A DNA stretch of 64,000 nt from an uncultured Gammaproteobacteria bacterium (GTDB taxonomy: Bacteria; Patescibacteriota; Microgenomatia; Levybacterales; GWA1-39-11): the NCBI GenBank assembly GCA_964450885.1, contig CAYVFE010000001.1:65301-129300 (forward strand), in the 5' to 3' direction. The translations under genes were made by a program, and so were the position numbers. Shown here one piece after another: positions 10,763 through 20,336 of this stretch. The notes beneath the pieces were generated by a model. The model was not told the origin of the DNA. It was given only the letters and a program-made list of their open reading frames with translations, and did no database searches. The number at the start of each line of letters is the position of its first letter. The first letter of the stretch is position 1.

Positions 10763-12007
10763 CTAACTTATGACAAAACTTACTTTTGGATAGTTGGATT
10801 CCAAATTAGAGTGAGCAGACTGGGCAGACTCTCCTTTAGCAGTTATCCATCCTAGATAATCAAAATCCCTAGGTGGCATATATACTGCCTCATCCTTTTT
10901 TTTACTAATATGAACCTCCAAAACCCCATTGCTCTTTTTTGCCTCATCGTCTATGTCTATATCTACGATCTTTCCTTCTTTCTGTGGTAGAAAATATCTG
11001 CCTTCTAGATAGAGATTGGGAGTTTCGGGTTTGTGGACGCTGATTTTCTCTCCCAATGCAATCAGGACCGCATAATCCACCAAATCAACTCCCCAAGCGT
11101 GCTTTATAAAACTATAGACCTCGTCTCCCCCCATCCGAAGGTTGATCTCGATAGGGACAGGACCTTTTGATGAAGATTTTGCTTCAAAATGAATGCATCC
11201 ATTTCCTACATTTAATACTTTTAGTACTTTTGAAGCCATATAAATAAGAGCATCCTGTTTTTCTTTTGAGAGCGAAGAGGGCGCAGCTTGACCTGTTTCC
11301 ACGAAATAAGGCTCGTTCGTCTGAAAATTGTCCGTAATCGAAAAGAATTTTATTTCTCCATCTTGTAGCAGAATATCTATGTCGACTTCTTGTCCATCAA
11401 TATATTCCTCAACAAATACATTCGTATTTATCCACTCTGGAGCAAGCCAAAAAGACTCGATGTGCTTTTTGATTGTTTCATACTCCTCCCTTAATTCCTC
11501 TATGGAATCTACCTTAACGACAAATGCGCTCGCCGCACCATATACAGGCTTGATCACCAACGGAAATTTAAGGTTTTCCTGAATACTTATAAGATCAGCC
11601 TCAGAAGATAGCACAGCGTGATGTGGAACAGGGAGGTTATTTCTCTCGCATGCTTGCCTAAAAAAGTACTTATTCTTTATTTCCTCAGCTGTTTTTTTCG
11701 GGATTCCGACCCACCCGAACCTTTCTGTAATTTCCGCCGTAAGCGTCACAACTTCTTCCCAAAAAGTCAAAGCTCCGTCAATTCGATGTTCCTTGTGAGA
11801 CAAATAAGATTCTATCGCCCTTATACATGCGCTGTTATCGGACAAATCCGCAATTATCCAATCGTCTACGAGTCCGTCGGGACAATTCTTTTTACTATCG
11901 AGAATGATGACGTAGTAGCCCAGATCCTGAAGTCTTTTAAGCACCTGCTCCTTACTGGGGTAACCGCTTCGAACTAAAAGAACGTATTTATGATTGGATT
12001 CTTTCAT
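10763..12007 (-). CDS. ATP-grasp domain ligase
   Basis: 414 aa. Pre-ATP-grasp region followed by an ATP-grasp fold (PLVIKPVYGAASAFVVKV; EEYIDGQEVDID). Confidence 0.65.
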   Translation of the reverse strand: MKESNHKYVLLVRSGYPSKEQVLKRLQDLGYYVIILDSKKNCPDGLVDDWIIADLSDNSACIRAIESYLSHKEHRIDGALTFWEEVVTLTAEITERFGWVGIPKKTAEEIKNKYFFRQACERNNLPVPHHAVLSSEADLISIQENLKFPLVIKPVYGAASAFVVKVDSIEELREEYETIKKHIESFWLAPEWINTNVFVEEYIDGQEVDIDILLQDGEIKFFSITDNFQTNEPYFVETGQAAPSSLSKEKQDALIYMASKVLKVLNVGNGCIHFEAKSSSKGPVPIEINLRMGGDEVYSFIKHAWGVDLVDYAVLIALGEKISVHKPETPNLYLEGRYFLPQKEGKIVDIDIDDEAKKSNGVLEVHISKKKDEAVYMPPRDFDYLGWITAKGESAQSAHSNLESNYPKVSFVIS

Positions 12008-12345
12008 TTTTTCTTAGGAGCTACAAGGGAAGGTTAAAAATCTAAAGTTTCGCCGTTTGCAACGAGAGTCTTTCATGTTGTCTCTATTGTTTTAATAGAA
12101 AAAAAAAGTATACCACCGCCAAAAAAAGTTTCAAGTTTACGTAAAATGGCACACTTTTATATTTTTTGCAGGAGGAGTATAATTGTAGGAATGAAAATTT
12201 TTAGCTAACTTTTTGACTAAAAATTTCAATGCAACGGAAGCAGCAAAAGAAATAACACTGTAGTACGCTGCAAATGCCACCCCGCAACAGAGCACAGGTT
12301 TGTAAATCCTAAACCGAGAAGGAATGCTTCAACCACCTAAGTAAC

Positions 12346-12669
12346 TCACTTCTTTTTTAACATCAACTTGATCTCTTTTATATCTTGCTGCATCTTGTCC
12401 TGACTATCACGACTTTCATGACTCCCTTTATGGATTAGGTAAGTAGTCAGGACAACAAATGTCAAAAGCTGCAAGAACTCAGACTGCCAATTCTCAAGAG
12501 TTGAGGACCAAAAATCCGACATAAATTCACCAACCTCTGCCACTTGACCGTGCTGCGCTTGTTCGCTTACAAAGTGCTGCCATTGAAAATAGTATTGTCC
12601 TACCCAGCTAACTAAAAACATCGCAGCAAGCGTTATACTAAGCCCGTAATTTCTAAATAACTTATCCAA
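12346..12669 (-). CDS. hypothetical membrane protein
   Basis: 107 aa with two hydrophobic segments. Confidence 0.35.
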   Translation of the reverse strand: MDKLFRNYGLSITLAAMFLVSWVGQYYFQWQHFVSEQAQHGQVAEVGEFMSDFWSSTLENWQSEFLQLLTFVVLTTYLIHKGSHESRDSQDKMQQDIKEIKLMLKKK

Positions 12670-12780
12670 TTTTTATCACCACCTTTGTATTTATCTACTT
12701 ATAGCAACTAAAACGTCCAACCAGGTAATAGTGGTGTAAGAATCCTGCGTGAATGATAATCCTTTTGTTATAATTGCCTC

Positions 12781-13251
12781 ATGAAATACGTAGCATTACT
12801 TCGTGGAATTGGACCAGGAAATCCTAACATGCATCAGGCAAAACTCAAGGAATTTTTTGAAGACTTAGGCTTTAAAAATGTAAGACCTGTAATATCCTCA
12901 GGGAATGTAATCTTTGAATCAGAATCAAGCGACCAAATAGGTCTCGAGAAGAAAATAGAGATCGAACTACCTAAAAAACTCGGATTTACCAGCACAACTA
13001 TCATAAGGTCTGAAAAAGAGCTGGGAAGGTTGATTTCCAAAAATCCCTTCAAAGGAACTGCTGACGAAAAACCAAATTATCTACTAGTTACTTTTTTTAA
13101 AGACAGAAAACTAGAGTTGTGTAGTGTAATTGATTTAAGTAGCAGTAAGACACCGGATTTTATGGCAAAATTAGATCGAGAGTATAAAAAAAAGATAACT
13201 TCTCGAACATGGAAAACAGTACACAGGATCCTAAACAAAATGGGACAATAA
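12781..13251 (+). CDS. DUF1697 domain protein
   Basis: N-terminus MKYVALLRGIGPGN is typical of DUF1697. Confidence 0.55.
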   Translation: MKYVALLRGIGPGNPNMHQAKLKEFFEDLGFKNVRPVISSGNVIFESESSDQIGLEKKIEIELPKKLGFTSTTIIRSEKELGRLISKNPFKGTADEKPNYLLVTFFKDRKLELCSVIDLSSSKTPDFMAKLDREYKKKITSRTWKTVHRILNKMGQ

Positions 13252-13338
13252 CTTAGCCCCCGAAATTTTCAATTTCTTATCAAATTCTTACTATTTAACT
13301 CTTGACTTAATTAAGTGAATACTTTATTATATATCCAT

Positions 13339-13644
13339 ATGGATATATACGACGCGCTCGCAGAGCCCAGACGCCGCGAGATAATCGAGCTACTTGCAAA
13401 AAACGGAAAACTCGCATCATCAGACATCTCGAACAATTTTAAGATTTCTCCCCCAGCCATTTCACAACATTTAAAAGTTTTAAGAGAAGCGCGACTCGTT
13501 GATATGGAAAAACGCGCACAATCCAGAATTTACTCAATTAATACAAAAGGCTTACTGGAGCTTGAGCTTTGGAGCCGTAAAATGAAAAAAATGTGGGAAA
13601 AAAAATTTGATAAACTTGATAAAGTTCTTTCTGAGATGAAATAA
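13339..13644 (+). CDS. ArsR/SmtB family transcriptional regulator
   Basis: HTH region RRREIIELL...ISQHLKVLREARLV. Start set at the internal ATG (MDIYDAL). Confidence 0.75.
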   Translation: MDIYDALAEPRRREIIELLAKNGKLASSDISNNFKISPPAISQHLKVLREARLVDMEKRAQSRIYSINTKGLLELELWSRKMKKMWEKKFDKLDKVLSEMK

Positions 13645-13649
13645 GAGAG

Positions 13650-14075
13650 GTGAATATTATGAATGATAATAAAATTACAATTACTACAATAGTCAGCTCT
13701 CCGATTGAAAAAGTCTGGGAGTACTGGAACGAACCAAAGCATATTTCCGGCTGGGCTTTTGCGTCCGACGACTGGATGGCGGAAGGCAAAGAAAATGACG
13801 TAAAAGTTGGCGGAAAATTTAAAACGACAATGTCTGCAAAAGACAAAAGTGCAAGTTTTGATTTCGAGGGAGAGTACACTGCCGTTGAAAAGAATAAAGC
13901 TTTGGAATACGTCATGTCCGACGGACGCGAAGTAAAGATAGAATTTGTAGAGACTCCTGAGGGCGTAAGAGTCACAGAAACATTTGACCCTGAAAATGAA
14001 AACCCCTTAGATATGCAGCGGGACGGTTGGCAATCGATTCTAGACAACTTCAAAAAATATACTGAGAGGGGGTGA
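13650..14075 (+). CDS. SRPBCC (AHSA1/START-like) domain protein
   Basis: 141 aa; the xxKVWEYWNEP start pattern is typical. Lies downstream of ArsR. Confidence 0.65.
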   Translation: MNIMNDNKITITTIVSSPIEKVWEYWNEPKHISGWAFASDDWMAEGKENDVKVGGKFKTTMSAKDKSASFDFEGEYTAVEKNKALEYVMSDGREVKIEFVETPEGVRVTETFDPENENPLDMQRDGWQSILDNFKKYTERG

Positions 14076-14081
14076 AATAAA

Positions 14082-14579
14082 ATGGAAGAAGGAGTAAAAA
14101 TAGAACGTGTTTTTAATGCTACCCGCGAAAAAGTCTGGGAAGCATGGACGGATCCTGAGATCATTAAAAAATGGTGGGGACCTGAAGGATTTAGTGCGCC
14201 ATTAATAAAAGTAAACCTTGCAGTAGGGGAAAAATACATTTTTGCAATGCATGGGCCTGAGGGCTCTGAGTGGGATCGGGACATGTACTCAGCTGGAGTA
14301 TATAAAGAAATCGTTCCTAATGAAAAATTGGTTGTAACCGACTATTTTTCAGACAGCGAAGGAAACATGATAAACCCCGATGAGGAGGGACAGGATCAGA
14401 ATTTTCCGAAAGAACAAACTGTTACGGTTTTGTTTGAGGATGCAGGAGATGAAAAAACAAAACTCACAATCATCTATCCAAAACCGGAAACTGAGGAACA
14501 AATGGAAGCAATGATAAAGTCTGGCATGAAAGAAGGCTGGATGAGTTCGCTAGATAAATTAGAAAAGGCCTTGGAATAA
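14082..14579 (+). CDS. SRPBCC (AHSA1-like) domain protein
   Basis: 165 aa with the REKVWEAWTDPEIIKKWWGP signature. Confidence 0.65.
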   Translation: MEEGVKIERVFNATREKVWEAWTDPEIIKKWWGPEGFSAPLIKVNLAVGEKYIFAMHGPEGSEWDRDMYSAGVYKEIVPNEKLVVTDYFSDSEGNMINPDEEGQDQNFPKEQTVTVLFEDAGDEKTKLTIIYPKPETEEQMEAMIKSGMKEGWMSSLDKLEKALE

Positions 14580-14590
14580 TCCAGGGCTTT

Positions 14591-14959
14591 ATGGATCGAG
14601 GCGAGAATATGGCACAACAAATAATACCAAATCTTTGGTTTGATAATAATGCGCAAGAGTTGATGGAAAATAATAGAACACAAAGAGTTTGTTCACGGGG
14701 GCATAAGTTTTATCACAGTAGTGATTGTCCTGTGTGCCCTGTATGCTGGTCGGGATATTACAAGCAGAAAAACAATGGAGATTTTCCTGATAAACTTTCA
14801 GCTCCTGCGCTAAGAGCGCTTCTGGGTGAAAAGATATATAACTTAAAAAAGTTATCAGAGTACACCGAAGAGGAGATACTGAGGCTGCATGGAATGGGAA
14901 AAGCTTCTATTCCGATACTTAAAAAGGCTCTAAGAGAAAAAGGATTATCATTTAGGTGA
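14591..14959 (+). CDS. hypothetical zinc-ribbon plus helix-hairpin-helix (RpoA-CTD-like) protein
   Basis: CxxC...CPVCPVC cluster followed by an HhH-like region (EEEILRLHGMGKASI). The N-terminal 16 aa resemble a PhnB-like start. Confidence 0.35.
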   Translation: MDRGENMAQQIIPNLWFDNNAQELMENNRTQRVCSRGHKFYHSSDCPVCPVCWSGYYKQKNNGDFPDKLSAPALRALLGEKIYNLKKLSEYTEEEILRLHGMGKASIPILKKALREKGLSFR

Positions 14960-15321
14960 CTATGAGGATGCAAAACTTTAATACGATTGATGAATATATT
15001 TCGTCTTTTCCTGATGATGTTCAAAGTGTGCTTAGAAAGCTTCGTAAACTGATCCACAGCATCGAACCAGACGTGAAAGAGGATATGTCGTATAAGATGC
15101 CGTCATTCAAGCTCGATAAAAAGCCTCTTGTATATTTTGCAGCGTGGAAGAATCACATAAGTTTTTATCCAACACCAAATGGGATGGAGGAATTTGAAAA
15201 GGACCTTGCGCCTTATAAATCGGGAAAGGGCACAGCGCAATTTACTTTGAACAAACCTATTCCATACGAGTTAATAGAAAAAATTGTAAAGTTTAGAACT
15301 GAAGAAATTAATCAAAAATAG
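14956..15321 (+). CDS. DUF1801 domain protein
   Basis: 121 aa, YdhG-like. Confidence 0.45.
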   Translation: MTMRMQNFNTIDEYISSFPDDVQSVLRKLRKLIHSIEPDVKEDMSYKMPSFKLDKKPLVYFAAWKNHISFYPTPNGMEEFEKDLAPYKSGKGTAQFTLNKPIPYELIEKIVKFRTEEINQK

Positions 15322-15362
15322 CACTATCCACTTTCTTTTCTAACCTATATAATTTATTCCTA

Positions 15363-16661
15363 ATGAAAACATTTTATAAACTGCTTGCCTATGCACTAGT
15401 TGCAGGCACTACAAATAATTTTATCTGGTTTGCGCTAACTTTCTGGATTTACCTAGGCACAAAATCTGTTATCTCGACAGCTTTTATCGGAGGCATGTAT
15501 CTGGTGGCGACAGCTGGACTCGGACTTTGGTTCGGGTCTCTTGTCGATAACCACAGAAAAAAATCAGTAATGCTGGGATCAAGCGTAACTTCGCTGGCAA
15601 TGTTTACACTTGCCTTTCTGATCTATAACGCAACTCCCAAAGAAATGTTTGGCAGCATCACAAGCCCTATTCTTTGGATTTTTGCGTTTGTTCTTATGGC
15701 AGGAGTAGTTGCAGGGAATATCATTGCGATAGCTATTCCGACTCTAGTGACGCATCTTGTTGAAGAAAAAAGCCGGGACAAAGCAAATGGCATGTTTGGG
15801 ACAGTTTTTGGAATTTCTTTTGCCATAACATCGCTTGCCAGCGGTCTTATTTTGGGATTCTTCGGGATCTTCTGGGTGCTTGTTGTCGCCATAGCTTTTA
15901 CAGCCACAGCACTTTTCGTACTGACACTAATAAATATCCCCGAGAAGAAAATCATCCACGCTGATGATGGAGCAAGTAAGAAGATAGACATCGCAGGAAC
16001 ATTTAAGGTTGTGCGGGCGATCCCGGGGCTTTTCGCGCTTATCTTCTTTACAACTTTCAATAATTTTATAGGAGGAGTCTTTATGGCGCTGATGGATGCG
16101 TACGGACTTTCACTTATGTCAGTTCAACTCTGGGGTGCTTTCTGGGGATTTGTAAGCTTTGGATTCATCTTTGGAGGGCTTTTTATCGCAAAACGGGGGC
16201 TTGGAAAAAATCCGCTAAAAACCTTATTTACGGTTAACATTATCATATGGTTTGTATGTATCATCTTTCCACTTCAACCATCTATAATCCTGCTTGCCAT
16301 AGGCTCCGTAACCTGGATGGCACTCTTTCCATTCATCGAAGCGACAGAGCAGACTATCGTCCAGAAAGTCGTTCCTCCTGATCGCCAAGGTAGGGTTTTT
16401 GGATTCGCGCAGAGCATAGAGCAAGCAGCAAGCCCACTAACAGCTTTTATGATGGGCCCTCTCGCACAGATTTTCTTTATTCCCTATATGACAACCGGGG
16501 GTGGGGTGGATCTTATTGGGGGGTGGTTTGGTGTAGGCACCGGACGTGGAATCGCTCTAGTATTCATAACTGCTGGAATAGTAGGCCTTATCGCAACACT
16601 TATCGCAATGAGGTCAAATGCATACAAACTTCTCTCAAATAGATATCTAAAAGGGAAATGA
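15363..16661 (+). CDS. MFS transporter
   Basis: 432 aa, about 12 TM segments, major facilitator pattern. Confidence 0.7.
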   Translation: MKTFYKLLAYALVAGTTNNFIWFALTFWIYLGTKSVISTAFIGGMYLVATAGLGLWFGSLVDNHRKKSVMLGSSVTSLAMFTLAFLIYNATPKEMFGSITSPILWIFAFVLMAGVVAGNIIAIAIPTLVTHLVEEKSRDKANGMFGTVFGISFAITSLASGLILGFFGIFWVLVVAIAFTATALFVLTLINIPEKKIIHADDGASKKIDIAGTFKVVRAIPGLFALIFFTTFNNFIGGVFMALMDAYGLSLMSVQLWGAFWGFVSFGFIFGGLFIAKRGLGKNPLKTLFTVNIIIWFVCIIFPLQPSIILLAIGSVTWMALFPFIEATEQTIVQKVVPPDRQGRVFGFAQSIEQAASPLTAFMMGPLAQIFFIPYMTTGGGVDLIGGWFGVGTGRGIALVFITAGIVGLIATLIAMRSNAYKLLSNRYLKGK

Positions 16662-16665
16662 CATT

Positions 16666-17139
16666 CTATTGCTGATCAGAAGATGGTCTTTTAATCTTCA
16701 GGATGGTTTTCAACTTCTCGATACCTGCAGCAAGATAAAGATCCGCGACTGACGGGTTAAGGTGTTTGCGCTGAACATAAAGATAAATCACGACCGTAAA
16801 AGGAATCACTGCAAGAAAGGGGTTACTAAATAACGCAAATACGGTAAAAAGAGAGTATAGCCAGATAGACCACCTTTTGTGCTCGATTATTCCATAAGCA
16901 ATAGTTATCGAAATAACACCAGCAAGAGTCCTAAGGATAAAAAATGAGATATCGACCCTTGCAGGGTGAATTATATCCACGAATAGGCTCCCTATTATAC
17001 TGAGCCCTCCGATGAGCGTAAAGAAGGCGATAAGTCGCATCGGGGTCGGCAGATTCTGACCTGGCAGATTCACCTTGAATTCTTTGCTTATTCTGTCTGC
17101 GACCTGACTTTCTTCCTCGATATTTTCCTCAGGATTCAT
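16666..17139 (-). CDS. hypothetical membrane protein
   Basis: 157 aa with four hydrophobic helices. Confidence 0.4.
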   Translation of the reverse strand: MNPEENIEEESQVADRISKEFKVNLPGQNLPTPMRLIAFFTLIGGLSIIGSLFVDIIHPARVDISFFILRTLAGVISITIAYGIIEHKRWSIWLYSLFTVFALFSNPFLAVIPFTVVIYLYVQRKHLNPSVADLYLAAGIEKLKTILKIKRPSSDQQ

Positions 17140-17198
17140 TTTTCTATTTTATTTTATAAAGTCAAAACTCACAAGCTTTGTTTGCTATAATTGAGAAT

Positions 17199-17624
17199 AT
17201 GCAATACGCAAAGACGGAAGAAGAATACATAATCCGCCTAGAAAAAGGCGAGAACTTCATAAAAAAAATCGAAAACCTGGCCGAAATCGAGGACATCAAA
17301 ACTGGATTTTTCAATGCGATAGGAGCAGCTACCTCAGCGCAGATATCATTTTACGACCGGGATAAAAAAGAGTACATAAATAATAATCTAGACGAGGACC
17401 ATGAGATAATAAGCCTAACTGGAAATGTAACCACGGTTGAAGGCAAGCCATTTATACATGCGCACTGCGTTCTCTCGAATAAAAATTTCGAGTGTACAGG
17501 AGGGCATCTCAAAGAGGGAATTGTTGGCGCAACTTGCGAGATATATCTTAAAAAGCTTGATCTAAGAATCGGAAGGCAAATGGACGACGAAATCGGACTG
17601 AAACTTCTGGACTGCAAGCAATAA
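17199..17624 (+). CDS. PPC (DUF296) domain protein
   Basis: DUF296-like pattern. The track ORF starts at a TTG at 17178; the ATG at 17199 is more likely. Confidence 0.45.
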   Translation: MQYAKTEEEYIIRLEKGENFIKKIENLAEIEDIKTGFFNAIGAATSAQISFYDRDKKEYINNNLDEDHEIISLTGNVTTVEGKPFIHAHCVLSNKNFECTGGHLKEGIVGATCEIYLKKLDLRIGRQMDDEIGLKLLDCKQ

Positions 17625-17669
17625 ATCTTTCCACTTGCTATTATTTACGTTACGATATTAACATAGAGT

Positions 17670-18926
17670 ATGGCAAATCGTGTAGATGAAGGAAAAGTCA
17701 TCAATGAGCTTAATTCCACACGCGCAACTAGAATGCACCTGTTTAAGTCGCAGGAGGCAAAAAGACAGGGCTTTATCCTCCTCAAATTGCACCCAAAAGT
17801 CCAGAAGGAAATCATAAACAACATATCCGATGAGGAAATAATGACTATGCTAAATCCGCTGGATCCCGACAAGTCAACAGATATTCTTCAGATGCTCAGC
17901 AAGGAAAGGTCCAACAAATTAACCGCCAGTCTTAACGACAACGTAAAGGAAAAGGTCGAATTCCTTCTTAAGTTCAATCCGAAGGCCGCGGCAGGACTTA
18001 TGAACCTCAACTACATACTTATCGAAAAATCCACTCCGGTCAAAGACATCGTGACAGAGCTTGCCGACTATGAGAGTAAATCAGGCAAATTTCCCTCAAT
18101 ATTGATAGTGGAGGATGGGAAATTACTAGGAGAACTCCCTGGCTCCGCTCTGGCTATCCATAAAGAGAATGCGATAAAAGACCGTTATCTACGCAAAATT
18201 CCATCAATTAAATTCGATAGTGAGGCGCAAAGAATCATAAGATCATTCGTCAAAAACCCAAGGAGCAAGGTAGCAGTACTAGATCATGACGAAAGCGTTT
18301 TGGGAATTATACACTCAAGAGACATCCTGGCGCTTTTGGATAAGCATGCGATGCGCGACCTGTTTGGATTTGCTGGAGTTGACCGTGAAGAAAGCGCTCT
18401 CGATTCGATACTTACAAAAGTTAAATACAGGTATAAGTGGCTCATCCTAAATCTCGGGACATCATTTTTCGCTGCCTCGATAGTTGGCTTATTCGAAAGC
18501 ACGATAGCTCAGGTAACCCTTCTTGCGGTCTATATGCCAATCGTTGCCGGAATGGGAGGGAACGCAGGCACACAATCCATGGCAGTTGCTATACGAGGGC
18601 TTGTCTTAAAAGAAGTTTCGCTCAAAACCAGTGCAAAATTGGTTTTAAACGAGATGGGAGCAGGCGCGATAAACGGAATCATAAATGGAGCAATAGTTGC
18701 GGTTATCGCAACAGTCTTTAATAAATCCCCCATGTTCGGAGCTGTAATAGCCATAGCTATGGTCATAAATCTGGTGACTGCAGGATTTTTTGGCGCGATA
18801 GTGCCTCTTCTCATGAAGGCCTTGAAGAAAGATCCAGCGTCGTCTGCAACCATATTCATAACGACAGCAACGGACGTTATAGGATTTTTTGTATTCTTAG
18901 GACTCGCGAGTGTTCTCCTTCTATAA
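17670..18926 (+). CDS. mgtE: magnesium transporter MgtE
   Basis: MgtE N-domain, CBS pair and a C-terminal TM domain with PIVAGMGGNAGTQS. Confidence 0.85.
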   Translation: MANRVDEGKVINELNSTRATRMHLFKSQEAKRQGFILLKLHPKVQKEIINNISDEEIMTMLNPLDPDKSTDILQMLSKERSNKLTASLNDNVKEKVEFLLKFNPKAAAGLMNLNYILIEKSTPVKDIVTELADYESKSGKFPSILIVEDGKLLGELPGSALAIHKENAIKDRYLRKIPSIKFDSEAQRIIRSFVKNPRSKVAVLDHDESVLGIIHSRDILALLDKHAMRDLFGFAGVDREESALDSILTKVKYRYKWLILNLGTSFFAASIVGLFESTIAQVTLLAVYMPIVAGMGGNAGTQSMAVAIRGLVLKEVSLKTSAKLVLNEMGAGAINGIINGAIVAVIATVFNKSPMFGAVIAIAMVINLVTAGFFGAIVPLLMKALKKDPASSATIFITTATDVIGFFVFLGLASVLLL

Positions 18927-18952
18927 AACCGCAGCAGGCATCTGCCAAAAAG

Positions 18953-20080
18953 CTATTTTTTGTAATTTCTGAGGTAGACATATCCTCGCAGGAAAATCAA
19001 AAATACCGCTATCGCTGGAAAAAGCTCTGCTGCCTCTTCCCAAATATCAAACGAATTGTCTACCAAAAACCCATTTGTACCAAAATATTGAGCGGTAATT
19101 TCATGAAAATCCGTCAACGAATACCGCCATACGACATAACCGATGATAACCACAAAGTAGGGGATCAAATACCATCTGGAAAGGACTGGCCTCAAGTATT
19201 CGCTTATTTTAATCCCTCTAATTCTTAACGGAATATAAAACACCACCCAGGACAATATTCCATAAATTCCCATCAATAGATATGCATCATACACATATTT
19301 AAAGATAAAGCTGACATTGTGAAGGGTTGTTTCGTCTTGTTGGTTTATAGCCTTTAGCTCTTCGGGGGTGGAGATCCCAAATATTCTCTGGCCCCAGGAA
19401 ATCTCCTCACCGGCAAGAACCATGAGCACTATTGCACTTAGCAAAAGGAGGGCTAGCCATACATTTCTTAAGGTTTTTTTTACATTTAGCTTCCTGACAA
19501 CCGTAAAGGCAAGAAAAGAAAATATACCAGCTGCAAAAAAGAAAGACGATTGAGCATATTCTATTATGCTGTCTTCTCTATCAAGAGTGTAGAAAACGTC
19601 AGGCAATCTCCATTTCAAAAACACATAAAGACAGAACAGAATAATTCCTGAGGAAAAAATTGCCATTCTCCAGTTCTTCACGATTACATCAATCCGCAGG
19701 AAAGCAAGACTAAATAAAAGCATGAAAAAGGCAAAATCAAAAAAAGCATCCTGATGTATGTGCAGTAGTCCATATATGAAATTAGGGTGAATTACTATGG
19801 TAAAAACCTTCAATATAATAGCGATCGTGATAAATATTGGCGATACCACAAAAAGCATTTGGAAACATAGCCCCTTACTTAAAGAAACTTTCCAAAAAAC
19901 CCTTAAGATCATGGATAATGCCAAAATAGACCACCAAACATAGTGAAGCGGAAATCCGATATTTGACAGGAATGCCCCTTTGTATAAAAAAATATCCGGA
20001 AGGGATAGCACAGCCGCCACTACGAAAAGCAGCACGGGGAGAAAGTTTTGTGATCGCAATAAATTCCTAACTTGTCCCAT
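18953..20080 (-). CDS. polytopic membrane protein, hypothetical
   Basis: 375 aa with at least 9 predicted TM helices and no known motif. Confidence 0.45.
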   Translation of the reverse strand: MGQVRNLLRSQNFLPVLLFVVAAVLSLPDIFLYKGAFLSNIGFPLHYVWWSILALSMILRVFWKVSLSKGLCFQMLFVVSPIFITIAIILKVFTIVIHPNFIYGLLHIHQDAFFDFAFFMLLFSLAFLRIDVIVKNWRMAIFSSGIILFCLYVFLKWRLPDVFYTLDREDSIIEYAQSSFFFAAGIFSFLAFTVVRKLNVKKTLRNVWLALLLLSAIVLMVLAGEEISWGQRIFGISTPEELKAINQQDETTLHNVSFIFKYVYDAYLLMGIYGILSWVVFYIPLRIRGIKISEYLRPVLSRWYLIPYFVVIIGYVVWRYSLTDFHEITAQYFGTNGFLVDNSFDIWEEAAELFPAIAVFLIFLRGYVYLRNYKK

Positions 20081-20183
20081 GATTTATTCTATAACAAAAA
20101 CCCACCCACACAACCTTCTTACAAAGAGCATAAAGCATATTTACTGAAAAAAACTAATATATCAGACAGGAGGTGATAATTTT

Positions 20184-20336
20184 ATGCCGGCAAAATCTGA
20201 GAAGCAAAGAAATGCAGCAGGGGCTGCGCTTAGTGCAAAAAGAGGAGAACAAAAGAGAAGCAGTCTAAAGGGCGCGTCCAGACAGATGCTTTCGATGAGC
20301 GAAAAGGAGCTGTCTAAAATGGCAAGCAAGAACTAA
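20184..20336 (+). CDS. DUF3008-like small protein (50 aa)
   Basis: Unlisted ORF MPAKSEKQRNAAGAALSAKRGE... with a strong RBS (AGGAGGTGA) 6 nt upstream. Matches the DUF3008 pattern. Confidence 0.5.
   Translation: MPAKSEKQRNAAGAALSAKRGEQKRSSLKGASRQMLSMSEKELSKMASKN

Noticed and set aside
12230-12330. Possible SRP/4.5S RNA (GGAAGCAGC and CCCGCAAC resemble domain IV pieces)
   Set aside because: The motifs are in the wrong order for the SRP hairpin, and no matching GGUCC/ACCAGG partner strand is present. Probably chance similarity.
13538-14284. 248-aa minus-strand ORF overlapping the two SRPBCC genes
   Set aside because: It is a Ser/Phe-rich low-complexity translation, antisense to two plus-strand ORFs that carry clear SRPBCC signatures. 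Judged an antisense artefact.
15623-16060. 145-aa minus-strand ORF inside the MFS transporter gene
   Set aside because: Antisense to a well-supported 12-TM transporter. No independent motif.
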